From assembly GCA_020137815.1 (NCBI GenBank), contig CM035351.1, positions 9,176,001 to 9,240,000 on the forward strand: a stretch of 64,000 nt of DNA, read 5' to 3'. Made by a program: the position numbers and the translations under genes. This DNA is from Hormiphora californensis (taxonomy: Eukaryota; Animalia; Ctenophora). The notes under the pieces were generated by a model. The model worked only from the letters and a program-made list of their open reading frames with translations, searched no databases and was not told where the DNA came from. How positions within the stretch are numbered: position 1 is the stretch's first letter; the number at the start of each line of letters is the position of its first letter. This document shows, one piece after another, positions 12,625 to 24,405 of the stretch.

Positions 12625-13974
12625 ATGACTGCAACAGCTGTAGTGCAACCTGAAAAGTCGGCTGACAAGAAGTCGAAAAAAGAGCCTGTGAGGACTGTGA
12701 TACCTGAATTCCTGTTGGCCGAAGCACCTCCCCGCGCCAAAGCGGTACTTGAGTTCTACAACAAGCTGGAATGCAAGGTGGACGCCATGTTGAGCGAAGT
12801 TATCATCAAGATCAAGTCCAAGTTTAGTGCACCGTACATCGAAGAACTTGCTACCTACCTATCTCTAGACATTCGGCAAACTGATAATGACAAGGGCTAC
12901 AGAAATATTCCCGTATTGATTCACCGCTGTATTCTGAAAGTCAGATCATATACCCCGAGCACGTGCGGGGTCTGCTTGGAAAGTTACTGTGTCGAGAAAG
13001 ACACCGTACCCGTCTTCACCTGTTGGATGTGTTTCCAGGGAAGCCACGACTGTGAAGGAGTTGCCAAAATTTTCTCCACGCTGTACTCAATCACTCAGTC
13101 ACTGACGGGATTTAACTGGACCTGCCACTCCTGCACCGAGAAGAATAGTCTCGATCTTATGTCGAGGATACCTGTTATCCCGGGGAAGGACGACCCGGTG
13201 ATAGTGCCAGACGGAATCGCTGATCCCCCTGGCATTGCTGCAGAAGTTGTAGCTGAAGAGGAACCAACTGGGGAATCTTCTAAGTCCCCTTGTTCATTCC
13301 TGGCAGAAGGCTACTGCAGGCACGGGATATCCGGGAAAAAAGAAGTAAATGGGAAAACCTGCCGTTTTACCCACCGTAAAGTCTGCAGAAAATTCAAACT
13401 GTACGGATCTCACTCACGTCATGGTTGTAAGTTGGGTGCAAAGTGCTCAAAACTGCATCCAAAATTATGTGAGGGCTCACAGCGGAGAATGAAGGAGCGG
13501 CAGTGCCTAAACCCTGATTGCCCACATCTCCACCTCAAGGGTACACGAAGGAAAGTGGAAAACCCTGAAAGGAGAGAACGACAAGAAATTGCCAGGCCAA
13601 CACCGAAAACTAGCACTCATACTAATGGTCATAGAGATAAAGTGCATGATGAAAACCTCCCTCTCAGCGGCTCACCATTACGACCAGTTTCGCAGCAAAA
13701 TCCCGAACACCTACAATCGGGTTTTCTGAGCACTGTCTTGAAGGAGGTCCGGAATGCGAGAGAGGAGTCACTGAGGCAAGCAGACAGAATGGAAGAAATT
13801 CTCTCCCAGCTTGGTCCCACTCACAACGAGTCAATGCTGCACAACCAGCTGGCCCACCATTTACAAGTACACCCGCCAGTACAGTACACTCTACCCACAG
13901 GAATATCAATGACTCAAGGAGTACATCGGCAACTGCCGACCCAAATACTTCCCTCTCAAAGATCATTCTACTAA
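12625..13974 (+). CDS. LINE ORF1 protein with PHD-like finger and three CCCH-type fingers
   Basis: CGVC..CWMC..HDC..WTCHSC (PHD-like), then CSFL..C..C..H, CRKF..C..C..H, CEGS..C..C..H; 449 aa open frame. Confidence 0.85.
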   Translation: MTATAVVQPEKSADKKSKKEPVRTVIPEFLLAEAPPRAKAVLEFYNKLECKVDAMLSEVIIKIKSKFSAPYIEELATYLSLDIRQTDNDKGYRNIPVLIHRCILKVRSYTPSTCGVCLESYCVEKDTVPVFTCWMCFQGSHDCEGVAKIFSTLYSITQSLTGFNWTCHSCTEKNSLDLMSRIPVIPGKDDPVIVPDGIADPPGIAAEVVAEEEPTGESSKSPCSFLAEGYCRHGISGKKEVNGKTCRFTHRKVCRKFKLYGSHSRHGCKLGAKCSKLHPKLCEGSQRRMKERQCLNPDCPHLHLKGTRRKVENPERRERQEIARPTPKTSTHTNGHRDKVHDENLPLSGSPLRPVSQQNPEHLQSGFLSTVLKEVRNAREESLRQADRMEEILSQLGPTHNESMLHNQLAHHLQVHPPVQYTLPTGISMTQGVHRQLPTQILPSQRSFY

Positions 13975-16900
13975 ATGGGAGGAGTATTTCACCCGCCGCT
14001 GGGGGGAACACTCGGTGGAAACTCCCGTTCATCGAGGCGGTTTTGCTCAACAACCCAAACTCACCACCAACAGTTGCCCTTGCAATAACTGAGTCATGGT
14101 TAAAAAACTACATTGCAGACGCCCAAATCAAAATGCAGGGATACAGCACCTTCCGTTCTGACCGTCCTGACCGGAAAGGAGGAGGTTGTGTTCTATACAT
14201 TCGTGAGGACATCCCGGTCAGCTATGCATACTCATTCAGTGACCGAGAATGCAGTCTGGTATTGGCTTTTAGTAAAGCTAAAAACATGTTGTTTTCCTGT
14301 GTTTACCGTCCCCCTGAATCATCTGACCAGTCCTTCATCACAGTTATGAACGATCTCCAAGATAAAATTGATCTCCTGTCCAATGAAAGGAGCCCTGAAA
14401 TGTTTATCATGGGCGATCTAAACTTGCCATTGTTCAACTGGAAAGAAGAATCCCTACCGTACAGCTGCTGCTAACATAGCAGCCTATCAACGAACCTGTA
14501 AGCTTCATCGAGGAAAATTTCCTGACATCAGGTCGTAGACAAACCAACCAGAGGCAATAATACTTCTGGATGTTATAATGACCAACTCACCACAATACGT
14601 ATCAACCTGTGACAACTGAAGAGACAAAGATCTCTGACCACAGAATAGTTGACTGTACCCTGGTGATAAACCCCCTAATGGAGACAGTAGACTACCATCA
14701 AAAAGTGGGACCACATGAGTTTTCCGAGGGTTGGACATTCAAAAAGCCAATTTTGAAGAGATGAATGTGGACATTACTTCTGTTGATTGGGACGAACTGC
14801 AGACATTATGTGAAGAGTCTGGAGACCCTAGTTGGTGAAAAATTCAAAGAACTTTTCATTCCTAACCGTTTTGCAAATCACCATCAAACACACCCCTCAG
14901 AAGACTCAGCGGAGGAAAATCAGCCCCTTGGAACCACTGAGAAGGAGAAGGCGGAAGTTAAAAGCAAGACTTGGAGCAATTTCTTCTTTAAATGTCGGCA
15001 TCTCAAAAATGGACGAACTCGAAAACGAGATCACAGTACTCGAAGAGAAGATAAAACACGCTGTAGAAGAATCGATCGAAAAGAAAGAACACAGCGCCAT
15101 CAAGACGATCAAGGGGAACCCACGATATTTCTTTTCTTATGCTAAACGACTTTCAAAAGCTAAATCGAACATCGCCCCCCTCAAACGTGATGACGGAACA
15201 CTCACCACAGATAACACTGAAAAAGCGGAACTCTTGCAAAAACAGTACTGCCGTGCTTTCAGTGATCCAGATGGTGGAGACTTGCTGAAAAGTCTATCTT
15301 GGGTTGAGGATAGCAATGCGATTCTAGAGGATTTCATATTTACGTCAGCGGATATCAAAGATGCCCTATCAGAACTTGACCCTTCCTCTGCCGGACCAGA
15401 TGGTGATATCCCTGCTAAAATTCTCAGTGCTTGTAAAACCACTCTCGCTGTTACCACTCTTTCTTCTTTGGGAGCGGATCCTTCGAAGAAGGAATAACAC
15501 CCCCTAACCTGCAAAAAACAGTACATCACAGCCAATCTTCAAACGTGGTGATAAAACTCTCGCTGTTAACTACCGCCCTGTCTCGTTGACTTCTAACTTG
15601 CTGAAAAACATTTGAGCGAGTTGTACGAAACAAGTTGGTGGAACACCTGGAAAGTAACAACCTCATACCAGATAGCCAACATGGATTCAGGAAGCAACGG
15701 AGCTGCCTCACACAGCTACTCGATCACATGGATGGAATTTTTCGAGAGCTAAACAGCGGGAACGAAGTAGATGTTATTTATTTGGACTATTCAAAAGCCT
15801 TCGACCGTGTCAACCATACCATTCTCATCGCCAAGCTAGAAAAGCTAGGCATTAGAGGGAAAGTACTAAGGTGGATAAAAGACTTCCTTACTGGTCGGTA
15901 CCAAACAGTTACTGTCGACGGTGAAAAATCGAACTTTGAGCTAGTTAAAAGCGGGGTCCCTCAAGGGACTGTACTTGGACCAATCCTTTTTATCATCTAC
16001 GTAGCTGATCTCCAAAGCCAAGTGATACACAGTAAAATCAGAACCTTTGCGGATGATACAAAACTCCAAAAGAGCGTCAACTCGGAAACATCAGGGGCAG
16101 AAATGCAAGAGGATCTTCAGCGGGTGGTGGAATGGTCTGCAGCCAATTGTATGACACTCCACGAGGACAAGTTTGAAGTCATTCACTACACCCTGAATAA
16201 AACATTCCTTCTACGGGAACTGCCTTTCACTCATGAGTTCAGCTCTTACGAGACACCAGCCGGCAACGAAATACAACCAGCGGATACTGTGAAAGACCTT
16301 GGCATCATTCTCTCAAACAGTGGCTCTTGGACAGACCATGTCATGAGGATTTCTTCAGAAGCACGAAGGATGGCTGCCTGGGCACTGAGAGCGTTTAAGG
16401 ACAGATCAGTCACCACTATGCTGACACTCTACAAGTCACTTATAAGGTGCAAAGTAGAATACTGTTCTCCCCTCTGGTCCCCCTACAAGATTGGGGACAT
16501 TCAAGCTCTGGAAAGTATCCAGAGACAGTTCACCAGAAGGATCGAAAACATGGCACAGTTTGACTATTGGGAAAGGCTGAAAATGTTAAGACTGATGTCA
16601 TTGCAACGTCGCAGGGAGCGATATACGATAATACAAATGTGGAAAATCTATAATGGTGCAGCACCAAACAGCACGAATACCCGGTTTTACCATCATCAAC
16701 GGCTCGGCATCCGAGCTGAGGTACCTACCCTATACAGTGGAGCACAGAAGTCATTCTCAACAAAATACTTCCACTCCTTTACTGTGAGGGCCGCTCGGTT
16801 ATGGAACACATTACCGAAAGAGGTTAATACAGCAGTGACCTTAGACACGTTCAAGATCCTGCTGGGCCGTTGGCTGGACCACTTCCCTGACAATCCACCT

Positions 16901-16978
16901 GTGAAGGGTTATTCTACCCGGAACAACAATTCTATCATGGACTGGGTTTTGGAGGTTCGAGCAAAAGGGGGATGCTGA
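13653..16978 (+). CDS. LINE ORF2 (APE endonuclease-reverse transcriptase), with several frameshifts
   Basis: Frame open from 13653, overlapping ORF1 in the -1 frame; pieces 14043-14474, 14832-15497 and 15635-16978 carry APE and RT motifs. Confidence 0.85.
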
Positions 16979-17381
16979 AAGACTGACACCGTTTACGATT
17001 CTGTAATGAAGTTTATTTATCAAGTTTATCAAGGATCTATCTATGGGGCTGTGAAGATTAGATCAATATTTATTTGTTGACTCTGTGTAGAGAAATTCAA
17101 TTAGTTCAAGTTATTCCTGATACCGGTGTCCAGCGATTCCTTGTTATAGCTTCGCGTGATAGCTTCGGTGTTCTAGAAACAATAGTGAAGCGCACCCTGG
17201 CCCTCTCTGCGTCTTTGTAACACGCCACCCTGTTTACTCATGAAAAGTTTATAAAATTCATTGTGAGCACTCACTAAAAGTGAACGCGCAAATATACGCC
17301 GCGCATATCTACATTTGAATTTTCAAATTTTTCCCTGCCCGGGTGGATGCCCGAAGGGCATCCACCCGGATGATCGTTTTA

Positions 17382-17654
17382 GGGCGCGATTATAATCTGG
17401 GTGCCTTGCAGCCTGTTTACAGGTGCGCGCTGCCAAAAGAGTATACTTAGACCGACTTTTTTCAAACGGCTATAGCCATGGAACCACATGGCCGATTTGT
17501 GTAAACTAAACGGTATCAGTTAGAGAATCGATAGCCCTAACCGGTAACCCCAAACCAAACCCTAACCAGACCCTAACGGATAGCCCTAACCCGTCGCGCG
17601 CGCCAAAACTACGAATTGTTAGCAATGAAAGGCACCCAGATTTTAACGTTTTCC
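17382..17654 (-). mobile_element. 273 bp MITE with 9 bp TSD (Mutator-like)
   Basis: Flanked by direct repeat atcgtttta (17373-17381 and 17655-17663); imperfect TIR core ttataatctgggtgcc / ggcacccagattttaa; internal ccctaacc repeats. Confidence 0.85.
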
Positions 17655-17789
17655 ATCGTTTTAGCACGTGTGCTAAAAAGATCATAAATAAAGGGTTTAG
17701 AAATCTCGGATTTGAAATTGTAGTAACTCGAGCGTGGTCAAAATCGCGTGTGTCACGGTAGCAGCAAAGAAAAGATAGAACAAATTTAT

Positions 17790-18670
17790 AATGTCATGTT
17801 ATACAACATCTCGCAAAATATATAGAAATAGGTTATACTAATAACGTGATTTATAAAAGGAATAAAGGTACTAGATTCATATCTATTAGATCAGGATAGA
17901 ATGGTAGAGACCCTCGGTAGCCTCGAATTTGAATGAGTACTGATTTGAGGATGCAAAATGATAATCGTAATCTAATGTATCTAATGGCGTCATTATAGCT
18001 TTGTTTCGACTTAACCGAGTACAAGCCAGCCAGACGCTTGTAGAACCGCTCTGCTTCTGGTCCGAATGTTCCGATTGTTGAGAACACAAGTGGGGTGAAG
18101 GTAGCTCGTTCCACATTTAGGATTCTCTCCCCATAGGCCCTTTTCTTCTGACCTTCATGGATCTCCGCAGTTTTCTCGATGGTGTTAATTTGATTTGTTG
18201 GTGCCAACGAGTTAAATATACGGATGTCCGCAAAGATCTTGTCTCCCTTAGACCAGAAATTTCTTCCAGACACGTCCAGTCTTGCCATTTCCCTAGTGTT
18301 GCTGTTTTTATTTAGTTCCTCTCCAGTAAGGGGCAACAGTGTTGGCTCGATCTTTACGTCCCCGCATCCGGAATTTTTCATCATTATTGCGGTGATGTCT
18401 CGGACCTGGTTGTGTCTAGCATTTGTGTATCCACCACGCATGCACGATAACAAGTGTTCAATAGTAGCTGATTCCCCACAGCCGCATGTCTCACTGATAT
18501 CAGCAAGTGGGAGCATGTACCTTATGGCTAACGCATCTTTGAACTCCTGCTTGTTCAGGACAAATCCATACTCTCTGATAGGCAGAGTGGTGAGCCAACT
18601 AGAAGTTCCCGGTTGCCTGAGTAACTGCTCCTTCATAAAATCAAATAACTGTTTTGATGAAATATGATGT
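17790..18670 (-). mobile_element. 5'-truncated CRE-clade non-LTR retrotransposon (zinc knuckle + restriction-like endonuclease)
   Basis: ORF 17851-18636: WLTTLP, F.DALA.RY, CGCG..H..SC, RHNQVRD, ARLDV..ADIRIF, KKRAY, FTPLVFST.G..G.EA, RLRLSF. Confidence 0.88.
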
Positions 18671-18935
18671 CAGGACGCTTATTTTTCAAAGCTGTGCGCG
18701 GCGCTCACAACACTGTTGCTGAAGGGGTGAGGGTAGAGTAAAACAGCTGTGTAACTGCATACATACAGGACGCATGCATCTCACATTGTGACCAAGCCTT
18801 GATATTGTGATACTGATAGTGTGATACTGATCCTGTCGACGGAGGGCAGGGAAACACCGCATTATGAATACATAATGCAATAATTCTTGTTTGGTTGTTT
18901 GAATTTTCAAAAAGTTGTTTTCAAAAATGCAAAAC

Positions 18936-19208
18936 GGAAAACGTTAAAATCTGGGTGCCTTTCATTGCTAACAATTCGTAGTTTTAGCGCGCGCGACGGG
19001 TTAGGGCTATCCGTTAGGGTCTGGTTAGGGTCTGGTTTGGGGTTATCGGTTAGGGCTATCGATTCTCTAACAGATGCCGTTTAGTTTACTCAAATTGGCC
19101 ATGTGGTTGCGTGGCTATAGCCGTTTGAAAAAAGTCGGTATAAGTGTACTCTTTTGGTAGCGCGCACCTGTAAACAGGCTCCAAGGCACCCAGATTATAA
19201 TCGCGCCC
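18936..19208 (+). mobile_element. 273 bp MITE with 9 bp TSD (same family as 17382-17654, opposite orientation)
   Basis: Flanked by direct repeat atgcaaaac (18927-18935 and 19209-19217); near-identical reverse complement of 17382-17654. Confidence 0.88.
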
Positions 19209-19585
19209 ATGCAAAACTTCCGAAATTTTACATTTTGGAAATAAAAAACGAAGGGTGCCTGATGTTTGAAATGCGCTGCCTTATCCCGCGCTGCGTTTGC
19301 CAAGTCATTTGATAACCATGTTTCACCTCCACTGGTCGCAAGCTCTGTCTAGAGTTTAATACTCAACCGGTCATCTGTCTCTTATCTGAGTGCACTCGCT
19401 TGAGAATTTAGGACGGGGTCTGCGGCGCCTGGCGGTGTGTTGTGTAGGCCGGGAGGCCAATATGACAGAGCACCACTGTGACAACAGGTTCAAATTTGCT
19501 GTTGTCAATATATAATGACTAATGTCCGCCTAACAGATGTTATACTATAATCACACGATAAGCTAATGTGGACAACATTTGAATC

Positions 19586-22500
19586 ATGTGGAGGATAGCT
19601 GTCCTTTTACTTTTCCCGCTGCTTTGCGAAGGTCGGCTGCCACATACATACAACGGAGAGGTACCACAAAGTAACCATGTAACCAACAAGACATTAACTG
19701 AAGAGGAGCACCAAGAGAAGGATTCTGAGGGAGGGCAACCAGCCGCTCGAATAATTGGAGGGGATATTTCAGAAAGGGGTGTCCTTCCTTACATTGTAAG
19801 ATTTACCTCCTTGTATATGATTCAATGAATCTGTTTTTGATATATCTTTACAGTGTATTCTATCAGGTGAATCTGGATATTATAGCAGGAGTATCCCGGT
19901 ACATTTGTGGAGGATCAATCCTACATAAACGGTGGATTATTACTGCAGCACATTGTGTCGTCAGGGATATAGAGTTTGATCCTGAGGAGTGTACTAACTG
20001 TGTCCTCACCTCAACCCTCTTCCACCCGAGTCAAGTTGAGGCATTTGCTGGGGACCTCAGGCTGAGGGATTATGATGAAGGAGAACAGAGCAGCAAGGCT
20101 CAGATGATTATTGTACACCCGGAATACGATTCTAACTCACTTGAGGTACACCAGTCTTCTTTTTATATGTTCTAGTGAATTGTAGGAGTGAATTATGATG
20201 ACTTTTGCTGAGAGAAGTCAACAATATTGTTCCTCGACACCAGACAATTTTCTAACATTTCTCAGAATGATGTGGCACTAATCAGATTGCAGTACCCCTT
20301 GGAGTATAGCACCTATGTTCAGAACATTGAACTGGGAGAGAACATTCCTCCTGCTGGCAACCCTGTAACATGTGGAGGTAGTAATCAATAGTTGTCTCTC
20401 GGGCTTCCCAAATTTTTAACGAATGCACGACAAATCCCGAATCCGGCACTGTCACCCGATAGTGTATTTAAAGAACTTGACTTGTCTGCCTAACCCTGAC
20501 CAGTGACCAGCGTGCTAAGTGATTCTATGATGGGTTACCACTAGGGTGTGCTATTTTTCCCAACTCATAAATCAAATCCAATTTTCACAAAGTTTACCCC
20601 TAGAATGAGTTCCTACGATCATTCTAAAACATTTGGTAAAAAAATTTTAGTCCTACCCTGGCCCAATTACGTGGGCCGATGTATGCCCATATATGGGCAT
20701 ATTCATATCAAAAAATGTTTTTTGGGGCGTTATTTCAAAAAAACCACACATATGAATCGCCTCATGAGAACCAGTACAACCATTATTTCCAGTCTGCACC
20801 TTCAGAACTCCATTTTATAATGAAAATTTTATTTTTTTTTTCATCTTTTTTTCTTGCACATTTTCCTACTTTGCAGTATTAGTTGAGACGAATTTTAACT
20901 TTTTGAGATTTTATTTGTCGGAAACCAAATTCCGGTTGTAACCGACTACTTTTGACCTGCTGAACACGATCCCGTTCATGAAAAAGCTCTCAAAATTGAA
21001 GAAAATGGCCAAAATGAACATTTTTAGTCAAAAATTAACATTTTTGGTCCAAAATGAACATTTTCAGGTCAAAAATGACCTTTGGCTAACTTTCATGATA
21101 CACATCCATTCTGATCGGTATCAAACCGCTGAACACGACCCTGACCATAAAAAGTTGATATCAAGAACATGCCAAACACTGGTGTAAAACACACATATTT
21201 TCCTTTTTTCGGTAAAAAAGTAAACTTTTTTAATCGCCTGGCCCACGTAATTGACATACACTATCCCAATTCTGTTTTCAGGATGTAGTAGACAATTGTC
21301 CATAGTTTCATATCTACCCTTAACCTTTTGGCCAAGTCGACAAAATTTTCACTTAGCACACCCTAGTTACCACCCATTGGTTCTGATTTCTGCACACACA
21401 ATGTACAATACCCCTGCAGGTTGGGGTATCATGGAACGGGGCTCAGTATCCTACTACCTCAGACAGATAACCTACGATGCAGTCAGCCAGACTAACTGTG
21501 CTACCAGATGGGGGTAAGTTTTTATCCGTTCAGAAACTTGCTGGACCCCGTTTTGCGCTCAATTTGGTGTATGTTGCAACTATCTTCAGCTCCCCTCATT
21601 TTAGGTGGTACATTTACCCTGGTATGTGGTGTTCAGGGGGTGACCCAACAGAGAGATCTGCAACTGGGGATAGTGGTGGTCCCCTTGTTTACTACAACAG
21701 CTCTACACCAACCCTGGTACTGATTCATAATCTAAGATAAGGGCTCTTAGTAAAGACCCTGATACGTTCCATTCTGCTACTACATATTCCTAATTGTGAA
21801 TGACTCCTATCAGGTTGGTTTGGTTAGTTGGGGACTACCAGAACCAGGTACCGGTGATTACGATGTCAATACTGATGTGCCATTCTACAAGTCCTGGGTA
21901 GAGGGCATCATTGTGAGTAGAATAGTTGCTGTCACTGAGTGTTAAACAATTTAAGTCATTGATCTCCGAGTACCTACAGTCAGTTTAATACATCGGAAAT
22001 ATATCCCATGTTGTCCCTAAATTTCTGTACTACAAATCCATCCAAAGTTAAGAATACCTCTCCTCTTCCCCTCTCCACCAGGACGGAAGACAGGAGGAGG
22101 TGGTGTTGGTTAGTGGACACTTCCAATCCCATACCTGGTCCAGTAATTCCCAGGCCTACCATTTCTCTCTGGTGTCCCTGAAGTGCAGTGAACCAGGCTG
22201 TGTCGTGGAGTGTCAGCTACTGGAGAGCAACTTCGACAGGTAAAGTTGGACGAACCACTTTTGGGCCAAATGGAGTTGAGATAAATGCAGTTTTTAGAGA
22301 CTAGGTAGAGTAGAGAGGTTACCCAAATATTAATTGTTTCTTAGCACCTCTTGTTTTTCAGGGATGGACATGTTGAGATGCGGTTTATTGATGGTAGTAG
22401 TGTTTCTGGGACCACTCTAGAGACTGTCACTGCTAGCAGGCGAGGATGTAAGTTATGAATCATTCTAACAATCACTTCCCTAATGCCATTAGCTTCATTA

Positions 22501-23066
22501 CTTCTGGTGATTCAACTAACTGTTTCACCCAGTCTATTCACTCACAATTCACTCAGCACCATTTATTCGATCGACTGGTCAAGAGATGCAGATAACAGTA
22601 TCAACTAGCAATCTAAAGACACCAGTCAACTATACTATTCAACACAGAACATATGATGAGCTAACCTGCCTTGGTTCGTCAACTTATCACTCATTTCACG
22701 ATATCTGTGTCACTCGTTTCACGATCTGTGTTACTTTACTTTGTCATGTACTACCTCAGCTATAACAACTTGTTTCCTTCAGGTAGCGCCCAGAAATGTG
22801 ACGAAGTGAACGATTGTCTCAGTATGTCAGATGAGATAGGTTGTGACTATGAGCACTCTTTATCTCCCTCTAAAACAGCGGCGGGCTGCTACCCAGGGGA
22901 CTTTGATTGTGGGGATGGAATGTGTGTGAGACAAGAGAGACTCTGTGATGGCTATTACGACTGTAAAAGTGACTTGGATGAGTCATCTGCTACGTGTGGT
23001 GCTCAGACAATACAGTGTGGTCTTCTTTTGAGTGTGATTTTATTTGCTTTTGTACTGTGTAAATAA
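19586..23066 (+). CDS. Secreted or membrane-anchored S1A serine protease with C-terminal LDLa repeats (9 exons)
   Basis: Phase-compatible exons 19586-19795, 19867-20145, 20266-20377, 21420-21513, ~21605-21716, 21814-21912, 22082-22239, 22362-22447, 22783-23066. Signal peptide, R|IIGG activation site, TAAHC, NDVALI, GDSGGP, VSWG, LDLa motifs (CDEVNDC..SDE, CDGYYDC..DE) and a hydrophobic C-terminal tail. Confidence 0.9.
20542..21365. mobile_element. Non-autonomous hAT-type element in intron 3 of the protease gene
   Basis: TIR tagggtgtgcta...tagcacacccta with 8 bp TSD gttaccac (20534-20541 and 21366-21373). Confidence 0.9.
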
Positions 23067-23634
23067 TTAGAGACAGCATAGAGTGATTATTTGATGCATA
23101 TTTCAATTCGTTAATGTTATTTTACTCACTTCGTCCAACCAAAGACTTTTCATATCTTGACCCAAATCTGTGACGCGCAATAAACAAAACGTAATGAAAG
23201 TAAAAGCTGTAAGCACTCACCGTAACAGATTGAAGCAATGACAATAGTGTACTTTTATTTCAAACCAAACTTTCGGTGTTAGCGCGCATCGAATTTGCCA
23301 CTTTTGACACACTGGGATCCTTATCACAAAGGTCCCACTGTGAGCACATATCACATTGTGTGCCATTTGATCGATATTCCGACACAGTTTGGATGATATT
23401 ATGCCATTCAAATCAAATAAAGATTGTCCAGGTTCGGTTTAAGTGAAAACAAGTGCGTTACAAAATGACATGACTCCTTGAAAAGCAGATAAATTAAACA
23501 TCTCTTACCTCTTGATAAAATACACACGAACAAAATAATAAATCCCCTTCTTTATATATATGGTATTTACACAATAATGGTATTGGAAAAAAACCTAGCT
23601 AAGTTATCACTTGGTATAACAAATACACAGTTTC

Positions 23635-24405
23635 TTATGACGTAGGACGCCGCATTTTGTCTCTCAAGCTAGGCTCCTTGTACGACATGGCTTTTCTTCT
23701 GGAACTTCTAGCAGATCTTACTATTGCATCAGACGACTGGTGGGGTGTCACAAAATCACTTTCCACCCGTCTAGCTGGACAGATAGGTGTAACAAAGGCT
23801 TCATTTGGGCTAGATGCCAGGTGGGGTGGGCTCACAAAAACATCTCGTTTTACTAGAGTGGTGTTGAAAGGTACAGGGGTTGCATCATCTCTCCTGGCTA
23901 GAGTGGTGTTGAAGGGGACTGGAGTTGCGTCATCATCAACTACCATGTTTTTATTGGAGATAACAAAGTTAAAGCTAGTGTTAACACAACTATCAGTAGT
24001 GTTAACACAACTATCAGTAGTGCTAACACAGCTACCAGCAACACTAGAGTTAACACTGCTCACAGAGGTGTTACTATGGAGCCCAGAATCAAACGATTCA
24101 TTACAGCTGCTCAGGGAGGTATCCAATAGGGGATCTAATTGTTTCATGGATGTTAGTTTCGCAATAGTTTCAGTCAATATTCTCTGCCTCTCCCCCACCT
24201 GTCGCAGTTGGTGCTTCAGGTGTATGTTGGAATCTGTCAAATCACGATTCTCTTTAATGATTTGTGTTTTCTCTGCAATCAGCTTGCTGGTAAGGATGCG
24301 TTGTTTCGCAAGTTCTCTCGCTAACTCTTCATTCGTGGGGTTTGGAGATGGTGTTGTGTAATTCTTTGATTTTGATGCAGTACTACATCTCCGTAGTTTA
24401 CTCAT
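23635..24405 (-). CDS. SGO1: Shugoshin-like centromeric cohesion protector
   Basis: N-terminal coiled coil (NEELARELAKQR...KENRDL) and C-terminal SGO motif RRKAMSYKEPSLRDKMRR. ATG at 24405 directly follows a ttcag acceptor; single coding exon. Confidence 0.85.
   Translation of the reverse strand: MSKLRRCSTASKSKNYTTPSPNPTNEELARELAKQRILTSKLIAEKTQIIKENRDLTDSNIHLKHQLRQVGERQRILTETIAKLTSMKQLDPLLDTSLSSCNESFDSGLHSNTSVSSVNSSVAGSCVSTTDSCVNTTDSCVNTSFNFVISNKNMVVDDDATPVPFNTTLARRDDATPVPFNTTLVKRDVFVSPPHLASSPNEAFVTPICPARRVESDFVTPHQSSDAIVRSARSSRRKAMSYKEPSLRDKMRRPTS

Larger units (their letters stand above)
12550..17033 (+). mobile_element. Near full-length CR1/L2-group LINE
   Basis: Intact ORF1, then APE (AITESW, RSDR, GGGCVLY, VYRPP, GDLN) and RT (QHGF, DYSKAFD, GVPQGTVLGP, FADD, KDLG), CR1-like C-terminus LWNTLP, short 3'UTR and (tttatcaag)2 tail. 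5' boundary approximate. Confidence 0.93.

Noticed and set aside
17382-19208. Single TIR transposon carrying an endonuclease ORF
   Set aside because: Each apparent TIR has its own 9 bp TSD, so they are separate insertions; the ORF is a CRE retroelement fragment.
23657-24361. 234 aa + strand ORF
   Set aside because: Antisense shadow of shugoshin.
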